Shown here: positions 52,929-64,000 of the stretch, in pieces | Position numbering within the stretch: the first letter of the stretch is position 1 | How the letters are laid out: each line of letters starts with the position of its first letter | From: Octopus sinensis | Lineage: Eukaryota | Length of the DNA stretch: 64,000 nt | NCBI RefSeq assembly: GCF_006345805.1 | Contig: NC_043007.1 | Coordinates: 10,974,001 to 11,038,000, forward strand | Reading direction: 5' to 3' | Position numbers and translations under genes: made by a program | Notes under the pieces: generated by a model | The model's database searches: none | Told to the model about the DNA's origin: nothing | The model's input: the letters and a program-made list of their open reading frames with translations, nothing else

Positions 52929-54494
52929 TCTGCCACCACCACCATCATCATCATATAACATCCGTTGTCCACACTGGCATGGGTTGGATAGTTTGACCAG
53001 GCTGGCATGCTGGAAGACTGCACCAGGCTCCAGTCTGATTTGGCATGGTTGGTTCCTGGTGGATTCTTAGTCAGGAATCTGACTTAGCCTAAATTTTTTT
53101 TTTCTTTTTTAGTCTCTTTCCTTTGTTCTCAGGTTATGTTTTTGCCGGCACTGGTTTGGGAAATTGGGGCAATTTCCAACATGCGTATATATATGGGTGA
53201 AAATGAGCTGCTTGGCAGAGGTCTGTGCTCGCCGAGTGCTCTACTAGTTATTACTTAAAGCAGTTTGATTTAGGTGGGTGGCTCTATACAACTTAAAATT
53301 TCCTAGGCTTGTGTGTGTGTGAGAGAGAAAGAGAGAGAGTGTGTGTGTATGCATGCATGTGTGCATATGTGTTGGTGCAGGTTTTTCATAGCATGGCCAC
53401 CGCTACACACACTTCCTTTTTCTTTACTTTGTCTACTTCCTTTCATCCTCTTTCCCTCCATCCTCTCTTTGTTACTCTCTTCTGTCTCCCTTCCATCTCT
53501 TCCACTCCCACTCCCCACCCCTTTCTTCTCCCTCACAAATCTCCAGTGTCTTCTACCTTGCCCCTTAATTCTTTTCAGTTCCATTCTCTCTCTCTCCTTC
53601 TCTCCCTCTCTCTCTGCCTCCCTACCTTTCTCTCTCCTTCTCTCCCTTTCTCCATCTCTCTCTCCCTCCCTCACACTCTTTTGTCTTTACTCTTCCTCTT
53701 ACCTACCTGCAATTCATCTGCTCCTCCCACTCACTCTTCTCCACCCCACCCCACCCTGTCCATCATCCATTAATTACTTTGGTCAGTCATGACGCTATAA
53801 TTTCCTGTGTCACATTTTTCACCTGACACACAAATCCAATTTGTCCCCATAGCAACAGCTTCAATTGCTCAGTTGCTAACACCTTACCTGTCTACCTGTC
53901 AAAGTAAATCTAGACTTCCTATCCCTGCCAGATTTATTCAGCTTCAGGTGGGGTTGGATGGTGTGGGGTGGTTATGTATGTGCAAAGAGTTGATACCTCT
54001 GGTATTGTATTCTTCGTGTTACATTTAGAATCAAAAGATTTTTCAAGAGTACCTTGTTTTTTTATCTTGTTTTTCATTTTGTCTTTTTCATTTCTAATTC
54101 TATGAGGTAAATTTAAAGTAGATTTCGAAGAAGAATCAATATTTTCTATCAGAAAATATCTGCATGCAAATACAAACACTCTGTGATATGTACGAGTGTT
54201 ATTGATAAAATACATTATTTATTTATGATGTATATATAAGTACAGGCGTGGTCGTGTGGTAGGAAGATTGTTTCCCAAACATATGGTTCTGGGTTCAATC
54301 ACAATGAATGGCACTTTGGGTAAGTGTCCTCTACTAAGCCCTGTGAATGAATTTGATAGATAGAAACTGAAAGAAGCTTGTCATATGTATATATCCAAAA
54401 AATTAGGGAATGGACAGTTCTATATTTAAGAGATGAGGAATTATGTACATTATTTATATTTGAAGGAAATTTTGTCCTCATCTTGTTTGTTGTT

Positions 54495-54540
54495 AACACA
54501 ACGTTTCGGCTGATATACCCTCCAGCCTTCATCAGGTGTC
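54495..54540 (-). ncRNA. Minimal type I hammerhead ribozyme
   Basis: gacac-CUGAUGA-aGGCUG..CAGCC-GAA-ACGU-U-guguu; mutated copy at 55289-55334. Confidence 0.9.
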
Positions 54541-54759
54541 TTGGGGAAATTTCAAAACTGGGTTCTCATTCCTAAGCTATTTTTTGAGGTTATTATTATT
54601 ATTATTATTATCATTATTATTATTATTATCATTATTATTAATATCATTATTATTATTCAGGTCACTGCCTGGAATTGAACTCGGTATCTTGGGGTTAGTA
54701 GCCCATGCTCTTAACCACTACACCATATGCCCATGGGCAATTATGGATACCACGCTTAT

Positions 54760-55164
54760 GGAGTAATACAACACTTCGCAAGTATCTCCTTTGAGTAAAA
54801 CCACCAATAGAAGAGAATATGACCAAGAACTGCATGTAATCCATCCCATGCAGCTGTGGTTGCTTATACAAAGGTGAAACATGTTGCCCCCTCAAAATAA
54901 GAATAGACGAACATCACAAAGCTGTGACACGAGGAGATATTGATAAATTGGGATATAGCTGATTATATATGGAAAAATGGAGACACCCCCCCCCTTTGGG
55001 ATGAAGTTAAAATAATAGACAGAGAACACCACTGGAAAATACGAAAACTAAAAGAAGCAGCACATATGCTAGAACACAACAACCTTCTAAGCAGACTGAA
55101 TGTAGATATGAATAGCATATGGGAACCGGTATTAAGGAAGGATAGAAAAATATTAGATTTATAA
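54760..55164 (+). pseudogene. PLE GIY-YIG endonuclease C-terminus
   Basis: IPCSCGCLYKGET..LKIRIDEH..WDEVKIIDREHHWKIRKLKEA. Confidence 0.85.
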
Positions 55165-55359
55165 GTCCTAAAATTCACACCAAAATTTCCCATGGGCATA
55201 TGGTACAGTGGTTAAGAGTGCAGGCTACTAACCTCAAGATTCTGAGTTCGATTCCAGGAATGAGAGCCCAGGTTCGAAATTTCCCCAAGACACCTGGTGA
55301 AGGCTGGAGGGTATATCAGCTGAAACATTGTGTTAACAACAAACAAGATGAGGAAAAAT

Positions 55360-55745
55360 GGAAGCACTCCGTCGGTTACGACGATGAGGGTTCCGGTTGA
55401 TCCGAATCAACGGAACATCCTGCTCGTGAAATTAACGTGTAAGTGGCTGAGCACTCCACAGACACGTGCACCCTTAACGTAGTTCTCGAGGATATTCAGC
55501 GTGACACAGAGAGTGACAAGGCCGGCCCCTTGAAATACAGGCACAACAGAAACAGGAAGTAAGAGTGAGAGAAAGTTGTGGGTGAAAGAGTGCAGCAGGG
55601 ATCACCACCACACCCTGCCGGAGCCTTGTGGAGCTTTTAGGTTTTTTCGCTCAATAAACACTCTCAACGCCCGGTCTGGGAATTGAAACCGCGATCCTAT
55701 GACCGCGAGTCCGCTGCCCTAACCACTGGGCCATTGCGCCTCCAC
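55360..55745 (-). mobile_element. OR-type SINE with 12-bp TSD, inserted in the PLE repeat
   Basis: atgaggaaaaat at 55348-55359 and 55746-55757. Confidence 0.9.
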
Positions 55746-56420
55746 ATGAGGAAAAATATCTGTCAAATGTCAATAATGTAAATTAGGGAATAATGGAGTT
55801 ATTCAAATGAGAGTAGACATCAAGCTAATCTTCAGGCCTAGGATAACTTGATCATATGAAGTTTACTTTGTTGTTAGGAGGTCTCTTGTTGGGGATTCGA
55901 TCGAAGGCATCCTTGGCCTGGAAAGTAGCTTGCCGTCTTCCCCTCATTTGGATAATTTATTACTTTCCAAGTTCTTTTAGCTATGAAACATTCGTAGTCA
56001 GGATTTTATCTACTCCGTTCCCTAATTTTTGACGTTTATTCACATATACAACATAATATACAACTATAAAATTAACATTTTGCAGCTCATCATACTTTGA
56101 CAAGGATAAACATTTACAACCTTCTGTGCCAATAAACCACTATTGTTCCTGAAAGTTGTATTTTATATTTTCTACTGATTTTATATTTTCTTGAAACTCA
56201 CTAACTTCCTACACCTTGATTTTTGGATCCTACCTTTACATATCTATCTATATATCTGTCTGTCTGTCTGTCTATATATATATATATACAACGACCTCGA
56301 ACACACAAGTGCAAACAAGGGAGTCAGAGAAAGGCAGAATGCCACTTATACTTGAACACTATACAAATATTCCTTTAAAAAAACTTTTCTTCTAATTTTT
56401 CTAAATTTAATTATTTAATC

Positions 56421-56467
56421 GTTACAGTTGAAAAGGTCTCAAAATGACCGAAACCGGTACTGAAATG
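56421..56467 (+). ncRNA. HHR, U3-A8 core variant, in a TA-flanked element at ~56295-56545
   Basis: cag-UUGAAAA-GGUCucaaaauGACC-GAA-ACCGGU-A-cug. Confidence 0.75.
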
Positions 56468-56554
56468 TTCTTTATAAAATTATTTTAGCATTTTCTATTT
56501 TGACTTGTTTTTTCATATATATCAACTCGTGTGTTCCTTTTCACCCTTATACAT

Positions 56555-56587
<33 letters not shown>

Positions 56588-56589
<2 letters not shown>

Positions 56590-56815
56590 TGGTCATTCAA
56601 AATGTGACCGCGTGTGTACCGTTGGCGAATTTTTTTCCTCCGTCTTCCCTTCTTTGGATCTTTCCTTCTCCTATGTTTCTGACAAAGGGCTCCGCTCGAA
56701 ACGTTAAACCCACCTTCTTTCCTTCTTTCTTGAGTGTCCAATTATACTATACTTGTTCCACGTCCTTGCATTGTTGTGTTTTCTCTTTGTGTTTTCATGT
56801 TTCATCGATGAACAT
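56588..56815 (+). mobile_element. Family-C HHR element; HHR at 56675-56709 with G8A change
   Basis: guuu-CUGACAA..GAA-ACGU-U-aaac; matches 40612-40806. Confidence 0.7.
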
Positions 56816-56819
56816 CAAT

Positions 56820-57230
56820 GGAATTTGTATCTTTGAGGTACCAGTGCCGGTGGCACATAAGAAAACCATTCGAATGTGGCCGTAGCCAGTACCGCATCAA
56901 CTGGCCTCCGTGCTGTGGGCACGTAACAAACACCATCCGGTCGTGGCCATGCCAGCCTCACCTGGCCTCCGTGCCGGTGGCACATAAAAAACACCATCCA
57001 AGCGTGACCGTTCGCCAGCCTCGTCTGGCACCTGTGTCGGTGGCACATAAAAAGCACCCTCTACACTCACGGAGTGGTTGGCGTTAGGAAGGGCATCCAG
57101 CTGTAGAAACACTGCCAGATCTGACTGGCCTGGTGCAGCCTTCAGGCTTCCCAGACCCCAGTTGAACCGTCCAACCCATGCTAGCATGGAAAGCGGACGT
57201 TAAACGATGATGATGATGATGATGATGATG
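56820..57230 (+). mobile_element. RTE 3' UTR with sub-repeats and (GAT)n tail
   Basis: Same family as 32645. Confidence 0.8.
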
Positions 57231-57289
57231 TAGACAGAGAGAAGGAGGAAGACAGTGAAAAGCATGTTGAATTGTGAATAGAAAGCATG

Positions 57290-58085
57290 CAACTGGCTGA
57301 GTATTCCGCAGACATGTGTACAGGTGATTCAGCATGACACAGAATGTGACAAGACTGGCCCTTTTGAAATACAGGTACTACTCATATTTGCCAGCCGAGT
57401 GGACTGGAGCAACGTGAAATAAAGTGTCTTTCTCAAGGACACAATGCACAACCAGGAATTTAACTCATGACCATTGGTTTTGATGATGAATGTTCCAGCT
57501 GATCCGTACAACAGAACAGCCAGCTCAAGAAATTAACATGCAAGTGGCTGAGCGCTCCACAGAGATGCCTATCTTTAACATAATTCTCAGGGAGATTCGG
57601 CATGTCATAGATGGCAATAAGGCTGGCCCTTTGAAACACTGGTAGTATTAGTGTTACATTCTTTGATTATCTACCTTGAAAACATGTTCATCGTTTCCAT
57701 GTAACCTATGGTGGCGTTGCTGTTTCCAAAGTTTATTTTCGTTTCTCTATAAATAATTTTACTCGCGTGTCTATCTTAAAATGAGCTGCTTGGTGGAGGT
57801 CTGCTGAGGACAACATAACAAACCTGCTTGGGAAATTAACATGCAAGTGGCTGAGAGCTCCACAGAGATGCCTATCTTTAACATAGTTCTTAGGGAGATT
57901 CAGCATGTCACAGATGGCAACAAAGCTGGCCCTTTGAAACACAGGTACTAATTTTTGCCCGAGTGGGCTGAAACAACATGAAATAAAGTGTCTTGCTCAA
58001 GGTCACAAAGTGCCGCCAGGAATTGAAATCACGACCTTACGGTCATGAGCCAACTACTCCAACCACTAAACCACCCACCTTCTCA
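57290..58085 (-). mobile_element. Stack of degenerate CORE-like and OR-tailed SINE fragments
   Basis: gactggagcaacgtgaaataaagtgtctt box twice; OR-type tails. Confidence 0.65.
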
Positions 58086-58527
58086 TGACTTTTATGATCA
58101 TCAGCCAAACACCCCAACTCCTTCTTCAGGTGCCTTATAAATATGATATATCTAAGTAAGATATTGATGTCATGAGACTGTTATGGGATCGGGATAGAAA
58201 AGGCAGCTTATAGGTAACAGATGATTCACTATAGTAAGCTATACTTCGAGCTGTTTAATGAGGCATGTTCGTTAATAGAGAACGAACCTGTTGCTACAAG
58301 ATATTAAATACATCAATAATTTAATAGAACATATCTATTATTTTGATAAGCATTCAAGGACATTGTTGGAAATTATACGATCGTTTGCACTATTCATTAT
58401 TTAGAAGCACATTTATATATATATCCCCCCCATCCCACTCCATGAGTTGGGGCCAGGTGTACTTTTAATAATATATATTATATGTGCATAAATGTGTATG
58501 ATTGTTTGTATGTGTGTGAACAAAGTG

Positions 58528-58587
<60 letters not shown>

Positions 58588-58695
58588 CATATTGGCATTA
58601 TGATATGTATATGTACAAATGTGTGAGTGTGTGTCTCCCCCCGCCTCCTCCTCTCTCTCTCTCTCTCTATATATATATTATATATATATATATAT

Positions 58696-59027
58696 AACAA
58701 TTGCAGCGTGGAAGGTGTTTATAAGCCATTTAAGAAACACACAAAAGCCGCTCGATTCACTCCAACATTTAAGTTTAATTTGTCAAAATATTTTCGTCGC
58801 TAAAATCCGCGACCTGTTCACTGACAAAGTCCGTGCTGACTTTGTCAGTGAACAGGTCGCGGATTTTAGCGATGAAAATATTTTGACAAATTAAACTAAA
58901 TGTTGGAGTGAATCGAGCGGCTTTTGTGTGTTTCTTAAATGGCTTATAAACACCTTCCACGCTGCAATTGTTTTCGTTTCAGCACACGATCTCAGATCAA
59001 ATTACTTGCTATGCGAGTACATCTCCG

Positions 59028-59030
<3 letters not shown>
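58696..59030 (+). mobile_element. Family-F fold-back HHR element in (TA)n
   Basis: 58696-58831 inverts 58838-58972 around a 6-nt spacer. Confidence 0.85.
58779..58890. ncRNA. Pair of G3-C8 variant HHRs: 58779-58828 minus and 58841-58890 plus
   Basis: uuuguca-GUGAACA-gGUCGC..GCGAC-GAA-AAUAUU-U-ugacaaa; 7-bp stem I. Confidence 0.75.
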
Positions 59031-59109
<79 letters not shown>

Positions 59110-59112
59110 CTA

Positions 59113-59154
<42 letters not shown>

Positions 59155-59167
59155 ATATATATATATA

Positions 59168-59207
<40 letters not shown>

Positions 59208-59235
59208 TTTTATATATATATTGTGTGTGTGTGTG

Positions 59236-59515
59236 CGGAGGCACATGGCCTAGTAGTTAGAGCAGCGGGATCACAGTCGAGGGATTGCGGGTTCAAATCT
59301 CAGACCGGGACGATGTGTATGTTTATGAGCAAAAACATCTAAGCTCCACGTGGCTCCAGCAGAAGGTAATGGCGAACTTCTGCTGACTCTTTTGCTACAA
59401 CTTTCTCTCACTCTTTCCTCTTGCATCTTGCAGCTCACCTGCAACAGACTGTCGTCCCATCCGGTGGGGAACCTATACGCCAAGGAAACTGGGAAACTAG
59501 CCCTAATGAGCCATT
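59236..59515 (+). mobile_element. OR-type SINE variant
   Basis: Matches 46287-46580. Confidence 0.8.
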
Positions 59516-59869
59516 ATATATATATATATTTATATATACACATATGTTTTTTCCTTTTACTTGCATCAGTCATTAGACTACATCCATGTAGGGGTTCAGT
59601 CATAAAGAGTTTGTTGAACAAAAGACATTCTTTTCTTTAAGTCTTCTCTATATTCTGTAACCCTCTTTTGCTAAATTACTAAGTTACAGGGATGGAAATA
59701 AACCAACACTTGGGAACAAACACAAAAGCACATACCCATATAAATACACACACATACATGTGTGTGTGTATGTGTGTGTGTGTGATAAATTCTCAAGGTG
59801 AAACAATGATAGGGGACTCAGTTTCTATTTTGCATCCAGCTTCAGACTCCAAGACACAAGTGGATCTGA

Positions 59870-60840
59870 AGGGTAGACTTGCCTTCTCAGCAGAGGTGAA
59901 TATAGCATCAGTCTGATCAAACATGTTCCTGCTGTCCATGAGCATGAAAACTGTCAGAAGCGGTCAATGGCGTAATGAAATATGTCACCGTCTCTGATGA
60001 ATCGTCATTCACCTTATTTTTTTGTCCACATTGAGATGAATTTTTGCCTGGAGACAACCCAAAGAATCCTTCAACCCTGAAGCACTGAGATGGCTTTTTG
60101 AAGATTTTGGGCAGCTACATCACAGAATTCTCTTGGCCCTTTGGTTGTTCTGTATGGCAGTGTTAATGCCAAAGATTATCTGAGTATTTTGACTGACCAT
60201 GTCCATCCTACATTACAAATACTGAGCCCTGATGGTAGCATAATCTTCCAGAAATATAACGCACAGATTGACTTTTTTTTTATTTATGTGCCCATTTCAA
60301 GCCTAGCCAGGCGCATGGGCCCGGTTTTCCAGTTTCTGTGGCGTATGTGTTCCCCCCAGCTGGACAGGATGCCAGTCCATCACAGCGTTACCCAAGAAAC
60401 AGGAAGAAAGAATGAGAGAAAGTTGGTGAAAGAGTACAGCAGGAGTCACCATCACCCCCTGCCGGAGCCTCATGGTGATTTAGGTGTTTTTGCTCAATAA
60501 ACACACACAATGCCCAGTCTGGGAATCGAAACCGCTATCCTCCAACCACGAGTCCGCTGCCCTAACCATTGTGCCTCCACAGATTCACATGGCAAATGTT
60601 ATTCAAAATTGGTGCAAAGATCCTGAAAGGTGAAGCACACCACTCAGATCAGCCCCTACATTCACCAGATCTCAATATTGTCAAACACTTATGGCTCATT
60701 TTGGAGCTACAAGTGAGGGACCACTTCCTTGCACCATCATTATTGAAAGAGCTAAAGCAAGTTTTACTCAAAGAGTAACTAAAAATTCCCTTAACAACCA
60801 ATCGCAACCAATTTAAGTCAATTTCTTAAACATATTAAAG
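59870..60840 (+). pseudogene. Tc1 transposase remnant interrupted by a SINE (60272-60577, cacagatt TSD)
   Basis: VNAKDYLSILTDHVHP..IIFQ; SPDLNIVKHLW. Confidence 0.75.
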
Positions 60841-60869
60841 GTGTAAATAATAATAATAATAAAAAACAT

Positions 60870-61200
60870 TGTGTACAGTGCTCAGGTGCACTACAACTCA
60901 TCTAAAGTGTATGTATAGTACATAGGGTAATGTACAAGCGTCAGGAAAAGAACAGTGCATGAGTCATGACATACACATATGTGTAGTTTCGGCGGATTTC
61001 GGAAAGCATGAGGGCCTTAAAGGATGTAGTGTCATGGCAGTCAACAACTGACGCAGGCAGTTTGTTCCATGCTTCAGCAACTCTGAGTGTGAAAAAATGT
61101 TTCCGAAAGTCATGGGAGCTGTGCTGTTTTCTGACTTTGTAGGCATGTCCACGAGTGTTGGACACATGGAGATCAAAAAGGTGTTAACAAGGCGCTCAGA
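60870..61200 (-). pseudogene. CR1 LINE 3' end
   Basis: TRGHAYK..RKHFFTLRVAEAWNKLP. Confidence 0.85.
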
Positions 61201-61401
61201 GTATGAAACCAAAGGTGGACCAAACCCATATAAAAAAATAAAACTTCCATTTACCAAGATATTTCCATTCTTACCAAAGTATTTCCATATGTTTGTATGT
61301 GTATTTGCTTTGTGTCTGTGCCCACCACCACTTGATAACAGAGGTCAGTTTACTAATGATTCCATAGCTTAGAAGTTTTGGCAAAAGGGATCAACAGAAT
61401 C

Positions 61402-61632
61402 TATTTCTTTACCACCCACAAGGAGTTAAACACAAAGAGGGCAAACAAGGACATACAAACGGATTATCGATTACATCAACCCCAGTGCGTAACTGGTACT
61501 TAATTTATCGACCCCGAAAGGATGAAAGGCAAAGTCGACCTCGGTGGAATTTGAACTTAGAACGTAATGGTAGACGAAATACGGCTATGCATTTTGCCCG
61601 GCATGCTAACGTTTCTGCCAGCTCGGCGCCTT
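61402..61632 (-). mobile_element. Family-M SINE
   Basis: Matches 52698-52928. Confidence 0.8.
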
Positions 61633-61860
61633 CTTATGCTTCTTACCACACAGCCACTCCTGTATTATATATATATATATATATATATTGTGTGTGTGTG
61701 TGTCTGTATATATAGATATTCTCTTATTCTCTTATATGTTTCAGCCCAATGACTGTGGCCATGCTGGAGCACCGGCATTGTAATCATCTTTCCACCTTCC
61801 AACTTTGTTGGAGCAGCTTCTGGTGAAGGATGGAGTTCGATGCTACTGCCCTCTTTTGAG

Positions 61861-61904
<44 letters not shown>

Positions 61905-62399
61905 ACATATATATGTATGTATATATACATATATATAGACACAGACACATACACACACAAACACACAAACACACACACATACATACATATGTATATATGT
62001 GTGTGTGTGTGTGTATATATATATATGCATATATATATATATATATATATAATATTAATGGAAGAAAACAGTAAGAAACACATGTTGTATCAAGGTTTTA
62101 TGATTCATTTAATTGTTTCTTCATCTATACTTTATGTCCCAATAGAAAAAAGCAAAAAAAAAAACAAAAAAAAAACAAGAAACCATGTTGCACCCGTCTC
62201 TCTCTCTCAGCTGGTCCTGTCGTATCCATGGTAACCAATGTTGGCTGCATCAACAGTTAAAAACAATTCACTATAAAATCTTTATGGATTCATGACTGGC
62301 TTGCATTGTTTTCTATTCAGTATGGGTATTGATTAACTGGTCATCTCTTTCTCTCTCTCCTTCTCTCTGTCTCTCTTTCTCTCTCTTGTTTCACACATG

Positions 62400-62423
62400 C
62401 ACACACACATATATATATATACA

Positions 62424-62459
<36 letters not shown>

Positions 62460-63029
62460 TCTGTGTGTGTATGTAATGTGTGTGTGTATATATATATATA
62501 TATTATGTATGTATGTATGTATATGTGTGTGTGTGTATGTACATACATATATATATATATATATGTATGTATATGTATGTATATATATATATATATATAT
62601 ATATACATACATATTTATATACGTATATATATTTGTATATGTATATATATATATATATATGTGTGTGTTTACACACACATATATACATATATGTGAATAC
62701 ACATACACGCACACACATATATCATATGCATGTATGTATATACATATACATATACATTATATATATATGTATATGTACATATATATTACACACGCATATA
62801 CATATATATGCATATATATATATATAATATACTATATATATATATATACACATACATATGCACCACAACACATATATATAATATATATATATATATGTAT
62901 ATGTATATATGCATAATGTGTATATGCATATATATATACCTATGTATACGCATCTATATACATGTATATATATATGTATGTATATGCATATGCATCTATA
63001 GACATGTATATATATATGTATATGTATAT

Positions 63030-63083
<54 letters not shown>

Positions 63084-63110
63084 TATATATACACATCTGA
63101 CAAGAGAGAA
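62400..63110. repeat. Compound TA/TATG/CA microsatellite
   Basis: Direct inspection. Confidence 0.95.
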
Positions 63111-63491
63111 AGAGAGAGCATGTATAGTCACTACAACACAGGACACATTTTGCACAAATGCACATAACTAGTCATTAACTAATAATTACACATCATAGCA
63201 CACGCACACACCATTCATGCACCCGACCTACACACACACACACACCACCAACATATGCACACATGCACACATGGAACAAAGAACCTTCTTTCCTTTACTG
63301 TCAGCATCATCATCATTTATATGCTAGCATCTAAGCAATGAAATACCTACAATCATCGTCATCGTCGTGACACACAATAGCCGGGGCTGAATTAAGACCC
63401 GTAGAGGCCCTAAACACTTAAAAGGTTTTTGGTGCCCTCAAGCATATGTAAATGGTTAAAAATGTAAACAATAATAATAATACAAAATGTA

Positions 63492-63524
<33 letters not shown>

Positions 63525-63539
63525 CTGTGGGTCTAAACA

Positions 63540-64000
63540 CACCCCATCACTACAACCACCACCACCACTACCATCACCACTACCATCACCACTACCATCA
63601 CCACCACCACCACCACTACCATCCCACCACCACCACCACTACCATCACCACCACCACTACCATCACCACCACCACCACCACTACCATCACCACTACCATC
63701 ACCACCACCACTACCATCACCACCACCACCACCACTACCATCACCACCACCACTACCATCACCACCACCACTACCATCACCACCACCACTACCATCCACC
63801 ACCCCATCACTACCATCACACCACCACTACCAGCACCACCACCACTACCATCACCACCACCACCACCACTACCATCACTACCACCACTACCATCACCACC
63901 ACCACTACCATCACCACCCCCACCACTACCATCACCTCACAACCACCATCCACCACCCCACCACCACCACTACCATCAACCACCACCACACCACACCCAA
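63540..64000. repeat. (ACC)-derived ~18-bp minisatellite running off the window end
   Basis: caccaccactaccatcac units. Confidence 0.9.

Larger units (their letters stand above)
54414..55790 (+). mobile_element. 5'-truncated PLE with tRNA-headed, HHR-bearing terminal repeat in inverted (54414-54737) and forward (55189-55790) copies
   Basis: GIY-YIG tail between the two repeats; forward repeat interrupted by a SINE. Confidence 0.85.

Overview
Eukaryotic, AT-rich, microsatellite-saturated DNA. The SINE families and repeat density point to Octopus or a related coleoid cephalopod (inference, no search run). I recognise no host protein-coding gene; the window is intergenic or intronic. It is made of tRNA-derived SINEs, RTE and CR1-group LINE fragments, Tc1/mariner/pogo/piggyBac/Helentron-type DNA elements, four Penelope-like element (PLE) GIY-YIG fragments, and a ~6-kb 91-bp minisatellite. 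The main unannotated signal is about 20 type-I hammerhead ribozyme (HHR) motifs, folded by eye, in about a dozen element families. Four insertions are ORF-less units of ~480-530 nt that are terminally redundant, circularly permuted, arranged as head-to-head inverted arms and almost always anchored in (TA)n. They look like PLE-mobilised retrozymes with a circular or multimeric RNA template. One PLE terminal repeat carries a tRNA-like Pol III head upstream of its HHR. The HHR cores show C3-G8, U3-A8 and G3-C8 variants of the conserved tertiary pair. Boundaries without a stated junction are approximate, and frequent homopolymer indels suggest long-read error.
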